62,522 bases of DNA from an uncultured Methanosarcinaceae archaeon (GCA_963727895.1 CAVSHT010000015.1:1-62522), one strand, 5' to 3'; shown: positions 1-9,381, counted from the first letter of the stretch. The notes: generated by a model not told the origin, from the sequence alone. Translations and numbers: made by a program.

Positions 1-59
1 ACAAAGATAACATGATACATTAACAAAAATTTGCTATGAGTTAGTGTATCGTATTTCAT
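1..59 (-). CDS. tnpA: IS200-type Y1 transposase, N-terminal fragment (runs off window)
   Basis: Encodes MKYDTLTHSKFLLMYHVIF, identical to the start of tnpA at 5091. Confidence 0.8.
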   Translation of the reverse strand, partial: MKYDTLTHSKFLLMYHVIF

Positions 60-103
60 GTTTACAGATAAATATAAGTATCTGTAAGTATATAATAAGT
101 ACT

Positions 104-1216
104 ATGTTAAAAGCCTTTAAGTTCAGGCTATATCCTACAGCAGAACAGAAAACGTTAACAGAAAAACACCTCGGTAGCTGTAGGTTTGTCTATAACTGGG
201 CTTTAGCAGAGAAGATTAAAACTTACGAACAGACAAATCATTCCATTTCTCAGTTTGACTTAAACAAGAAGATAACTGCACTTAAAGAAGATAAAACGTG
301 GTTAACTGAAGTTAATTCTCAATCGTTGCAGGGAATGACGAGAAACCTTGAATCTGCTTTCACTAAATTCTTTCGAGAAAAGACCGGATTCCCTAATTTC
401 AAATCAAAAAAGAATCCAATCCAATCATTTCCTATACCACAACATTATACTGTAGATTTTAATGCTAATATTATTAAACTTCCTAAAATCGGGAAAGTTA
501 AAGCCGTCATTCATAGGAAGTTTGAAGGTGCACTAAGGGTAGCAACTCTTTCAAAGACGTGTACTGGAAAGTACTTCATATCAATTCTCGTGGAAGACAA
601 TACAGAAATTCCAACTAAACACGGATTTACAGCAGATACAACTATAGGTATTGACGTAGGTATAAAGGATTTTGCAGTTCTCTCTAATGGCGAAAAAATA
701 GATAATCCAAAATATCTTAAAACATCTTTACAAACACTCAAAGTACTACAGAAGCAAGTAAGTCGAAAGGTAAAAGGCTCTAACCGCAGAAGGAAAGCCA
801 TAATTAGACTTGCAAAGCTCCATGAAAAAGTTACCAATCAACGTAATGATTTCCAGAACAAACTTTCTTTTAAACTTGTTAGCGAAAACCAAGCAATATC
901 TCTGGAAACTCTAAACGTTAAAGGTATGGTAAAGAATCATTGTTTAGCTCAGGCAATTTCAGATGCAGGATGGTCAAGCTTTGTAACAAAGTTAGAGTAT
1001 AAAACTGAATGGTTTGGAAAAACTATTCTAAGGATTGGAAGATTTGAGCCTTCTTCAAAGATATGTAATTTCTGCGGTTATCATAATGGTGATTTGACCT
1101 TGAAAGATAGAGAATGGACTTGTCCAGATTGCAAAACAAATCACGATAGAGATGTCAATGCTGCAATCAATATCAAGAAATTCGCATTACAATCTCAAAA
1201 TTTGGTAGTAATCTAA
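104..1216 (+). CDS. tnpB: TnpB RNA-guided endonuclease
   Basis: Start taken at ATG 104 (MLKAFKFRLYPT); RuvC motifs GIDVG, SLETLN, DRDVNAA; CxxC...CxxC zinc finger. Confidence 0.95.
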   Translation: MLKAFKFRLYPTAEQKTLTEKHLGSCRFVYNWALAEKIKTYEQTNHSISQFDLNKKITALKEDKTWLTEVNSQSLQGMTRNLESAFTKFFREKTGFPNFKSKKNPIQSFPIPQHYTVDFNANIIKLPKIGKVKAVIHRKFEGALRVATLSKTCTGKYFISILVEDNTEIPTKHGFTADTTIGIDVGIKDFAVLSNGEKIDNPKYLKTSLQTLKVLQKQVSRKVKGSNRRRKAIIRLAKLHEKVTNQRNDFQNKLSFKLVSENQAISLETLNVKGMVKNHCLAQAISDAGWSSFVTKLEYKTEWFGKTILRIGRFEPSSKICNFCGYHNGDLTLKDREWTCPDCKTNHDRDVNAAINIKKFALQSQNLVVI

Positions 1217-1331
1217 TTCACCTATGGGACGTAGGGTAGAGCTCGTGGACTTACGAACAATGGTTCGGAGTATGAAACGAGAAGCCACTCAGTCTTTAGC
1301 TGAGTGGTAGTTCACTTCAAGCAACCAGTTA
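1150..1331 (+). ncRNA. Predicted omegaRNA (reRNA) of element A copy 1; guide starts at 1316 (TTCAAGCAACCAGTTA...)
   Basis: Known TnpB locus architecture and hairpins between the tnpB stop and the TTCAC end; 5' boundary is approximate. Confidence 0.55.
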
Positions 1332-1542
1332 TATTCTCATGCCAAAAATCCAGTTTTTAGAAACAACCTTAAGAATTCAATTATTGGAAACAACTGCAAG
1401 TTACTTTTTGTTATTTTACTTTTTCTGCAATTGAGTGAACTACCACGAGGCTGAAGACCTCGTGGCTTCCTAGTTCATTCCTCTTTCTACTGAAAGCAAG
1501 TCCCTAGGCTCTTCCCCACGTTCCGCAGGTGTTGAATAGGTT

Positions 1543-2655
1543 TCAAACCCCTATTAGGTTTTGATCTATGAGAGCAAATTTCTTAATGTTAATAGCTGCG
1601 TTAATGTCTCTATCGTGTTCTGTTTTACACTCAGGACAAGTCCACTCTCTATATTTCAAAGTTAGCTCAGAGTTGTGGAATCCACACACATTGCAAAGCT
1701 TTGAAGAAGGCTCAAACCTACCTATTCTTAGAATGGTTTTTCCGTACCATTCAGCTTTATATTCTAATTTTGTTACAAAACTACTCCAAGCAGAATCTCC
1801 TATAGCCTGTGCTAAGTGGTGGTTCTTCTGCATACCTTTAACATTCAGAGTTTCCAGAGCTATAGCTTGGTTTTCGCTAATAAGTTTAAAAGAGAGTTTG
1901 TTCTGAAAATCGTTTCTCTGGTTTGTTATCTTTTCATGGAGTACAGCAAGTCTTTGCTTTGCTTTTGCTCTATTCTTTGAACCTTTCTGTTTCCTTGAAA
2001 CTCTTTTCTGAAGGACTTTAAGTCTTTTAAGAGAGTTTTTCAAGTATTTAGGATTCTCAATCTTTTCTCCTGTAGAGAGTACTGCAAAGTCTTTGATACC
2101 GACGTCTATACCTATTGTAGTTGATTCTGAGAAAGTTTGATTAACCGGAAGCTCTTCATTATTTTCCACAAGAATACTAATGAAGTACTCTCCTGTGCAG
2201 GTCTTAGAAACTGTTGCAGTCTTAAGCTCTCCAGTGAAGTTCCTATGGAGTTTTGCTTTAATCTCTCCTATTTTTGGAAGTCTCACTGCATTAGCTTCAA
2301 AATTAACGTTATAGTGTTGTGGTACTAGAAAAGCTTGAACAGGATTCTTTTTAGATTTAAATTTAGGAAAGCCTTTCTTTTCTCTAAAAAACCGAGTGAA
2401 TGCTGATTCAACTTGTTTTGTCATGCCCTGCAAAGACTGAGAGTTAACGTCAGCTAACCAAGGATTATCTGTTTTTAGAGCAGGCATTAGTTTGTTTAAA
2501 TCAAATCTTGATATAGATTTTTTAGTTTGTTCATACGTTTTAATTTTCTTGTCAAGTGCCCAGTTGTAGACAAACCTACAGCTACCAATGTGTTGATCTA
2601 ATTTATTAGATTGTTCTACTGTAGGATATAGTCTAAAACGGTACGCTTTCATCAT
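1543..2655 (-). CDS. tnpB: TnpB RNA-guided endonuclease
   Basis: MMKAYRFRLYPT start; GIDVG, ALETLN, DRDINAA; zinc finger. Confidence 0.95.
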   Translation of the reverse strand: MMKAYRFRLYPTVEQSNKLDQHIGSCRFVYNWALDKKIKTYEQTKKSISRFDLNKLMPALKTDNPWLADVNSQSLQGMTKQVESAFTRFFREKKGFPKFKSKKNPVQAFLVPQHYNVNFEANAVRLPKIGEIKAKLHRNFTGELKTATVSKTCTGEYFISILVENNEELPVNQTFSESTTIGIDVGIKDFAVLSTGEKIENPKYLKNSLKRLKVLQKRVSRKQKGSKNRAKAKQRLAVLHEKITNQRNDFQNKLSFKLISENQAIALETLNVKGMQKNHHLAQAIGDSAWSSFVTKLEYKAEWYGKTILRIGRFEPSSKLCNVCGFHNSELTLKYREWTCPECKTEHDRDINAAINIKKFALIDQNLIGV

Positions 2656-2700
2656 ACATACTATTATATGTTTTACCAACTTATATAGTTTTTAGTAAAT

Positions 2701-3098
2701 ATGGAGTATTAACACAAAAATCACAGCAAATATTTGCTAATGTACCATATTATTTTTGTTTGCAAGTATCGAAAAAAGATCTTAGAACCTATTAGTAGTG
2801 AGCTCAAGCTCACTATATCAGATATTGAAAAAGAGTCAGATTTTGAAGTATTGGAGATGGAAACAGACAAAGACCATATACACCTGCTTGTGAAAAGTGA
2901 GCCAAAAATTTCTATCCGATCTATTGTTAGAAAACTGAAACAGGAAACTACAGTTAGATTATGGGAAAGCCAAGGCAAGTACCCCTGAAAAGATTCTATT
3001 GGGGAGAAAAGACATTATGGAGTGATGGATATTTTGCCTCAACAATAGGGAACGTGAGCAAAGAAATAGCTGAAGCATATATTAGGAATCAAGGGTGA
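2701..3098 (+). pseudogene. tnpA: IS200 Y1 transposase pseudogene
   Basis: ATG GAG TAT TAA (stop at codon 4); HUH motif DHIHLL; frameshift near 2983; C-terminus YWGEKTLWSDGYFASTIG...YIRNQG* in another frame. Confidence 0.88.
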
Positions 3099-3269
3099 AG
3101 TTTACGCTTACATTCCCTGGGCTAAAGACCCAGGGGTTTTACGCTTTGTTCTATAAAATATCAGACTATAAACAAAACTTTATATAATATTCACAATAAG
3201 AATTCGTAGAAAATCAGGCAGGTCTGAATAAATAGGTCTTAATCGGTAAAGTGAAAAGGAGTAAATTCG

Positions 3270-4610
3270 ATGAAAAAAGGAATTTTTCGTGAAAAACAAA
3301 AAAAACTGAATTTTCTAATAATTATTTCAGTTTTAAGCCTGGCTTTATTGACAAGTTCCATTGCATGCGCTAGTGATTCAAATAATTACTCCTCTTCACA
3401 TACAGGATTAATTCTAAAACCAATAAATGACACCCATATAGGAGAACCAGGATTTTCTAAACTTGAATTAGTACCAGATGAGAATACTGGACCTCTACAA
3501 GAAGTAAGCCAATATTTAGATCCCAGATACGCTTTTGGAGGCATCGGGGCAGCACTTCTTATTATTTTGATTTATAGATATATGGCTTCAAAAGAAAAGG
3601 AAATGATAGAAAAGCCTTCCAAAAAACTATATCAACCCAGGGAAATAACAGAACTCGAAGAAATAAAAGAAACAGAACTGATAGAAAAGCCTCCCAAAGA
3701 ACTATATCAACCCAGGGAAATAACAGAGTTCGAAGAAATAAAAGAAAACGAACTGGCAGAAAATCTCCCCAAAGAACAATATCAACCCAGAGAAATAACA
3801 GAACTCAAAGAAATAAGTCAGGAAAAATTCGATGCTAAGAAAACCTGGCTCTTCATTTTAGTACCTTCTGCGTTCATAGCTCTAGCCGAGTTTTTGATAT
3901 TTGCAGGAAAAATGAAATACGCTGTCGGGATACATATTGGAATTTTGATTGTGTTATCCCTTTCCAACACGTTTGTAAAAGATCTTAAAGTCTACAGGGT
4001 TTATCAGGCACTAATGCTTCTCCCGATTCTAAGATTGGTAAATCTTTCTATGCCTATATTCTTTACAACTACCCTTTATACATTCGTTTTTGTCTACGCT
4101 CCTCTTTTAATTTCCCTGGCGATTATAATAACTCATCAACAATACTCTTATGAGAAAGTAGGGCTTACTTCAAAGCATCTCCCAGGTTATTTGATTCTCA
4201 GTATCCCACTGGGTTTTCTGCTTGGGCTTGGAGAATACTCAATCATCCATCCCCAAAACCTGATACCTGATCTTTCCATCATAAACATGCTTAAACTTAC
4301 TATTATAATGGTCTTTTTCGTGGGCTTAACTGAGGAACTGATATTCAGATCAATCTTACAGATCAGGCTTTCTGAGGCAATAGGTGCAAGAGATGCACTT
4401 ATAGTTACATGTATTTTATTCGGATTTATGCACTCAGGATATGGAACCTTTCACGAAATGCTCTACACAGGCTTTGTAGCATTTATCATAGGCTCAATTT
4501 TTAACAAAACAAAAAGTCTACCATTTGTTGCTATTTTGCACGGCTTAATCAATGTGTTCCTATTTGGAATTTTGCCCTATTATTATCTGAAAGGCGGAAT
4601 AGGCTTCTGA
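3270..4610 (+). CDS. CPBP (Abi/CAAX-II) intramembrane glutamic protease with signal peptide and repeat-rich N-terminal extension
   Basis: Motifs EELIFR, FGFMH, HGLIN; multiple TM helices; N-terminal hydrophobic signal. Confidence 0.88.
   Translation: MKKGIFREKQKKLNFLIIISVLSLALLTSSIACASDSNNYSSSHTGLILKPINDTHIGEPGFSKLELVPDENTGPLQEVSQYLDPRYAFGGIGAALLIILIYRYMASKEKEMIEKPSKKLYQPREITELEEIKETELIEKPPKELYQPREITEFEEIKENELAENLPKEQYQPREITELKEISQEKFDAKKTWLFILVPSAFIALAEFLIFAGKMKYAVGIHIGILIVLSLSNTFVKDLKVYRVYQALMLLPILRLVNLSMPIFFTTTLYTFVFVYAPLLISLAIIITHQQYSYEKVGLTSKHLPGYLILSIPLGFLLGLGEYSIIHPQNLIPDLSIINMLKLTIIMVFFVGLTEELIFRSILQIRLSEAIGARDALIVTCILFGFMHSGYGTFHEMLYTGFVAFIIGSIFNKTKSLPFVAILHGLINVFLFGILPYYYLKGGIGF
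3603..3816 (+). repeat. In-frame 75-bp tandem repeat, about 3 copies (IEKPxKxLYQPREITELEEIKExEL)
   Basis: TATCAACCCAGRGAAATAACAGA recurs with a 75-bp period. Confidence 0.9.
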
Positions 4611-4695
4611 TATTTCATAAAATTAATTCTAAAAACTTTATATGAAGAAGCGTAAAACCGGTTGGTATTTAGCCAAGCGGATATAAGCGTCAATT

Positions 4696-5091
4696 TCAAC
4701 CCTGATTCCATATATAGTATTCAGCGGCTTCTTTACTAACATTTTCGATAGTAGACACAAAATATCCATCACTCCATAACGTATTTTCACCCCAATAATA
4801 TTTTTACAGGTATTCTTTTTGAGTTTTCCATAACCTAATAGTTGATTCTTGTTTCAACCTTCTAACAATTGCAAGAACACTAACTTTAGGTTCGCTCTTA
4901 ATCACGAAATGGATGTGATCTTTGTCTGTTTCCATCTCTAATATTTCAAAGTCGGATTCTTTTGAAATATCATATATAATTTGTTTAAGCTCTTCGCTGA
5001 TTGGTTCGAGTATCGTTTTCCGATACTTGCAAACAAAGATAACATGATACATTAACAAAAATTTGCTATGAGTTAGTGTATCGTATTTCAT
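4696..5091 (-). pseudogene. tnpA: IS200 Y1 transposase with in-frame nonsense codon
   Basis: DHIHF HUH motif; TAA at 4804-4806, after which the same frame continues KYYWGENTLWSDGYFVSTIENVSKEAAEYYIWNQG*, so the catalytic-Tyr helix is cut off. Confidence 0.9.
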
Positions 5092-5135
5092 GTTTACAGA
5101 TAAGTATAAGTATCTGTAAGTATATAATAAGTACT

Positions 5136-6248
5136 ATGTTAAAAGCCTTTAAGTTCAGGCTATATCCTACAGCAGAACAGAAAACGTTAATAGAAAAACA
5201 CATCGGTAGCTGTAGGTTTGTCTATAACTGGGCTTTAGCAGAGAAGATTAAAACTTACGAACAGACAAATTATTCCATTTCTCAGTTTGACTTAAACAAG
5301 AAGATAACTGCACTTAAAGAAGATAAAACGTGGTTAACTGAAGTTAATTCTCAATCGTTGCAGGGAATGACGAGAAACCTTGAATCTGCGTTCACTAAAT
5401 TCTTTAGAGAAAAGACCGGATTCCCTAATTTCAAATCAAAAAAGAATCCAATCCAATCATTTCCTATACCACAACATTATACTGTAGATTTTGATGCTAA
5501 TATTATTAAACTTCCTAAAATCGGGAAAGTTAAAGCCGTCATTCATAGGAAGTTTGAAGGTACACTAAGGGTAGCAACTTTTTCAAAAACGTGTACTGGA
5601 AAGTACTTCATATCAATTCTCGTGGAAGACAATACAGAAATTCCAACTAAACAAGAATTTACAGCAGATACAACTATAGGTATTGACGTAGGTATAAAGG
5701 ATTTTGCAGTTCTCTCTAATGGCGAAAAAATAGATAATCCAAAATATCTTAAAACATCTTTACAAACACTCAAAGTACTACAGAAGCAAGTAAGTCGAAA
5801 GGTAAAAGGCTCTAACCGCAGAAGGAAAGCCATAATTAGACTTGCAAAGCTCCATGAAAAAGTTACCAATCAACGTAATGATTTCCAGAACAAACTTTCT
5901 TTTAAACTCGTTAGCGAAAACCAAGCAATATCTCTGGAAACTCTAAACGTTAAAGGTATGGTAAAGAATCATTGTTTAGCTCAGGCAATTTCAGATGCAG
6001 GATGGTCGAGCTTTGTAACAAAGTTAGAGTATAAAACTGAATGGTTTGGAAAAACTATTCTAAGGATTGGAAGATTTGAGCCTTCTTCAAAGATATGTAA
6101 TTTCTGCGGTTATCATAATGGTGATTTGACCTTGAAAGATAGAGAATGGACTTGTCCAGATTGCAAAACAAATCACGATAGAGATGTCAATGCTGCAATC
6201 AATATCAAGAAATTCGCATTACAATCTCAAAATTTGGTAGTAATCTAA
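5136..6248 (+). CDS. tnpB: TnpB RNA-guided endonuclease
   Basis: Differs from 104-1216 by only a handful of amino acids; RuvC D/E/D intact. Confidence 0.95.
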   Translation: MLKAFKFRLYPTAEQKTLIEKHIGSCRFVYNWALAEKIKTYEQTNYSISQFDLNKKITALKEDKTWLTEVNSQSLQGMTRNLESAFTKFFREKTGFPNFKSKKNPIQSFPIPQHYTVDFDANIIKLPKIGKVKAVIHRKFEGTLRVATFSKTCTGKYFISILVEDNTEIPTKQEFTADTTIGIDVGIKDFAVLSNGEKIDNPKYLKTSLQTLKVLQKQVSRKVKGSNRRRKAIIRLAKLHEKVTNQRNDFQNKLSFKLVSENQAISLETLNVKGMVKNHCLAQAISDAGWSSFVTKLEYKTEWFGKTILRIGRFEPSSKICNFCGYHNGDLTLKDREWTCPDCKTNHDRDVNAAINIKKFALQSQNLVVI

Positions 6249-6363
6249 TTCACCTATGGGACGTAGGGTAGAGCTCGGGGACTTACGAACAATGGTTCGG
6301 AGTATGAAACGAGAAGCCACTCAGTCTTTAGCTGAGTGGTAGTTCACAAAAAAGAAAAACAGA
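6182..6363 (+). ncRNA. Predicted omegaRNA of element A copy 2; guide starts at 6348 (AAAAAAGAAAAACAGA...)
   Basis: Same scaffold as copy 1 with a different 3' flank; 5' boundary is approximate. Confidence 0.55.
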
Positions 6364-6386
6364 AGTAATTATAATAAAAACTGCAA

Positions 6387-6650
6387 TTAAGTAAGGGCAT
6401 TAACTCTAAAAGCAACAGATAATACAAAGCAGATGAGCAAAGGAAGAATAGCCACATTGAAAGAGTTATTAAGATATCTGTTCCATTTTTCAGATGCTGA
6501 AAGAACCTCTTTTAGAGAGAGGAGAACTATAAGTCCAACAACTATTGCCGCCCCATATTGAGGAAGACCAGGGGTCGTGATCATTGTAACTGCGCTCGAA
6601 GCAGCAGCACTTGAGATAACAGTACTTGAAACTATACTAGATAATAACAT
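6387..6650 (-). CDS. Small membrane protein (Ser/Thr/Ala-rich N-terminus, two TM helices)
   Basis: 87-aa ORF with GGGTG RBS-like motif upstream and two hydrophobic segments. Confidence 0.8.
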   Translation of the reverse strand: MLLSSIVSSTVISSAAASSAVTMITTPGLPQYGAAIVVGLIVLLSLKEVLSASEKWNRYLNNSFNVAILPLLICFVLSVAFRVNALT

Positions 6651-6792
6651 ATTAACACCCTACCGATAAAACCTTATTCGATTAATAAAGAAGTATATTT
6701 ACTGATATTGAAAGACCATTGAAATAATATTACAGTTTTTAAAATAACAATAACTCCATAGTATAAAAAAGTTTTCTTTCAAGTTATAGTTA

Positions 6793-8297
6793 GTGAACTA
6801 CCCCTCCTTGCCTGATGGCGAGGAAGGGGCTTCCTTCGAGTATTTACGTCATTTGGGGAAAAGATTCTAAGAACCTTTTCGAAATCGGTAAACCTGTTTG
6901 TCGAAGATTTTCAGCAAATTGCTGAAAGCTTGTCCACAAAGCATTTTGTGATAGGAAATTATACATGATATTGATTGCACTATTTTGATCTCTATCAATA
7001 TAATTACCACAATCACATTCCATATTTTGCATCCACAATGGCATTTCATGGAGTTTTCCACAAACATAACACATTTTGGAAGTATAGCTTTCATCAATTT
7101 TTATTACTCTTTTACCTATAAGTTCTGCTTTATAGGTCAAAAATTCGATGAAGCGAGATAAATAACCTTGATTTTGAGTAGATCTATTCATAGCTCTTTT
7201 TCGTTTACCTTTGAGTTTTTTGGATTGAGCCATTTTCTTAACTGCAAGTTTTCCAATAACAATAGTATTAGCTTTAGTATTATTTACCATTTTTTTAGCT
7301 AATTTGTGTTGGAAATCTTTCAGTTGATTGGATTTTTTTCTTTCCATTTTTCTATAATTGCTATGAAGTTTCAGGTATCTCCTACTCCTTTTAGACCCTT
7401 TTTTCTTTCCTATACAATGATCCCTTCGAGATTTGATTTTATCCATTTTTGGTTGCCAGTACTTATCAGGTCTAGGAGATTGTATTTCGTGGATTTTTCC
7501 TTTGAGATTAATACAGGTTACTATCTTTGTTACTCCCGCATCAATAGCTTGATACTGATTATTATCAACATATTCAGGAACAGCTATCTCATAGGTTACA
7601 AAAATATAGAAATTTCCCTTTCCATGATAGGGATCATCATTATAGATTTCCACTTGTTTGATGTTAGGAAATACCTTAGCAATTTCAAAATCAAGAGGAA
7701 CATTATTAACATTATGAGAAAAACTAATAACATATTTGTTATATAATGTTCTCCATATTTTGAATCCACTTTGATTATATGGAATAGTTCGGAAATAATT
7801 TCTACTACGATAATTTGGAGGTTTTGCAGTCAAATCTCCATTCTTCCTTAGAGCAAAAAAAGACTTATAATTAGCATCAAGTTTTTTCAGGATACCTTGC
7901 AGAGTTTTGGAGTAAACTATTTTGTATTCAGGATTCTTTTTCTTGAATTCAGATAGCTTATTTTGTTGATCAATATACTTGATACTTTTTCGATTATTTT
8001 TCCATACATCTTTTCTTTCAGCTAAAGCTAAGTTATAAAGAGAACAACATCTATCTGAAAGTTCCCAAAGAACTTCCTGCTGTTCTTCTGTTGGATATAT
8101 CTTAACTTTAGCTGTTAGATGCAGATTCGTATATAAATAGGGGGTTTGAGAATAAATAGATATTCAGGATTAATAAAGGTTAATTGTAATAAAATTGGAT
8201 AATATTTTTTTGACTGTGCGAGGCTTCGCTTTCATCCCCCACCTGTCGCTTCGCTCCGAGGAAGGGGACTTCTCGCTGTGCTTCCGCACTCCCAAAG
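6793..8297 (-). mobile_element. TnpB-only (IS1341-like) element C
   Basis: Right end TTCAC at 6793 with hairpin CCCCTCCTTGCC..GGCGAGGAAGGGG; related left-end hairpin at about 8235-8268; no tnpA; left boundary approximate. Confidence 0.82.
6844..8124 (-). CDS. tnpB: TnpB, divergent clade, 426 aa, probable CTG start
   Basis: Frame is open 97 codons upstream of the ORF-track start, to CTG-HLTAKVKIYPTEEQ; AIDAG, IVIGKL, IDESYTSK, CxxC...CxC, DRDQNSA. Confidence 0.88.
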   Translation of the reverse strand: MHLTAKVKIYPTEEQQEVLWELSDRCCSLYNLALAERKDVWKNNRKSIKYIDQQNKLSEFKKKNPEYKIVYSKTLQGILKKLDANYKSFFALRKNGDLTAKPPNYRSRNYFRTIPYNQSGFKIWRTLYNKYVISFSHNVNNVPLDFEIAKVFPNIKQVEIYNDDPYHGKGNFYIFVTYEIAVPEYVDNNQYQAIDAGVTKIVTCINLKGKIHEIQSPRPDKYWQPKMDKIKSRRDHCIGKKKGSKRSRRYLKLHSNYRKMERKKSNQLKDFQHKLAKKMVNNTKANTIVIGKLAVKKMAQSKKLKGKRKRAMNRSTQNQGYLSRFIEFLTYKAELIGKRVIKIDESYTSKMCYVCGKLHEMPLWMQNMECDCGNYIDRDQNSAINIMYNFLSQNALWTSFQQFAENLRQTGLPISKRFLESFPQMT

Positions 8298-8401
8298 TTA
8301 AAATTAGTAAATACACATTCAATTTTTTAGATATATTAACATGTATTTTGAAAATTTGATGTCAATAAGTATACTTATTATAAACTAACGCCAGAAAACT
8401 T

Positions 8402-9259
8402 TTAGAATTTATTGTTCATTACTTTTTTTCTTAGGGTAGCCATATAAAAATTATAAAAAATAACTCCTGCCATCAACAAGGCAAGTCCAATTAAGAAATA
8501 AAGAGATGTGATAATATCCCATCTACTAGACCATATAAGAAATCCAATAAGGAAAAGAACTGAAGAACTGACAACTCCTGAAACTTCAACCGGAATTTTC
8601 AGAGAACCAATGGTACACTTATTTTGCTTTTCGAGAATTTCTAGACGGAACTCAAGCTCCTTTATATATGCATTTTTTGTATCCTGTTGAGCCTTGAAAT
8701 CATACAGCTCCATGTATAGTTTTTTGATATTAGGTTGAAGGTCGTTATGAGTAAAATTTGAGAGCTCTAAGATAGCAGCTTGAAGAGAACGAAGACTTTC
8801 AGAGAGATTGTAAAAAACCTTGTTAGCACTTTGGACACTATAACCAGTTCCAGCAACTTCAGGGGAGTTATCAGCAGAAATTATAGAAAGATTTGAGGTT
8901 TCATCAGAAGGCAAGATTGCATTGAAAGTAAAATTTGAAAAATTTCCTTCTAAAATCGAAGGAACTAAGTCAGAAAGAAAAGAACTTCTGTGAATAGAAG
9001 AGTCAGGAATAACCGAGGGAATGTGACAAAAAATTGAAGACCCTGTAGCAATATTTTCGGTATTTCCTTCAAGAAAAAAAACTGAAGAACACCCAGAGAA
9101 AACACCATTATTTTGTAATCCAAAGGGAACTTCCATTGAAAGATATCTTTCGACTAACTCGAATCGTTTTTCAAAACTCCTTACGTTCTGATCAAAAATC
9201 CCAATCTCTCCTTGGAAATCTCCTAAGTTTTCTGGCTCTACCTGATATAGTTTCTCCAA
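8402..9259 (-). CDS. Hypothetical protein with coiled coil and two C-terminal TM helices
   Basis: 285-aa ORF downstream of PINA; heptad-like region followed by a hydrophobic hairpin. Confidence 0.65.
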   Translation of the reverse strand: MEKLYQVEPENLGDFQGEIGIFDQNVRSFEKRFELVERYLSMEVPFGLQNNGVFSGCSSVFFLEGNTENIATGSSIFCHIPSVIPDSSIHRSSFLSDLVPSILEGNFSNFTFNAILPSDETSNLSIISADNSPEVAGTGYSVQSANKVFYNLSESLRSLQAAILELSNFTHNDLQPNIKKLYMELYDFKAQQDTKNAYIKELEFRLEILEKQNKCTIGSLKIPVEVSGVVSSSVLFLIGFLIWSSRWDIITSLYFLIGLALLMAGVIFYNFYMATLRKKVMNNKF

Positions 9260-9381
9260 TTAGACCATAACCCATATTGTTGTCTAATAAGAATCAGGCA
9301 TAACAGTATTTAAAATTTTTTGAATGTTGAGACGAATAACAAAAAAGGAAAAATAGATCCAAAAAAGAAAATAAAGGAAAG

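Larger units (their letters stand above)
1..1315 (+). mobile_element. IS200/IS605-family element A (copy 1; left part outside window)
   Basis: Divergent tnpA/tnpB; right-end hairpin GCCACTCAG-TCTTTAG-CTGAGTGGT followed by TTCAC at 1315; near-identical to 5033-6347, with identity ending exactly after TTCAC. Confidence 0.92.
1435..3152 (-). mobile_element. IS200/IS605-family element B
   Basis: Right end TTCAC (gtgaa at 1435) with hairpin CCACGAGG...CCTCGTGG; left-end hairpin CCCTGGG-N-CCCAGGG at about 3115-3136; flanked by TTTAT (ataaa 3153-3157). Confidence 0.9.
4642..6347 (+). mobile_element. IS200/IS605-family element A (copy 2, complete)
   Basis: Preceded by TTTAT (4637-4641); left-end hairpin at about 4657-4681; right-end hairpin and TTCAC at 6347. 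Confidence 0.92.

Noticed and set aside
44..103. N-terminal 20-aa extension of TnpB in the ORF track (also 5076-5135)
   Set aside because: Overlaps the divergent tnpA start and promoter; family homology begins at MLKAFKFRLYP
511..837. Antisense ORFs within tnpB genes (also 1568-1906, 5543-5869, 7306-7746)
   Set aside because: Shadow frames of the tnpB coding strand; repeated only because the IS is repeated
9257..9268. ATG-GTC-TAA directly upstream and in frame with the TTG start of the 285-aa ORF (possible nonsense mutation)
   Set aside because: Cannot be told apart from a genuine TTG start without orthologues
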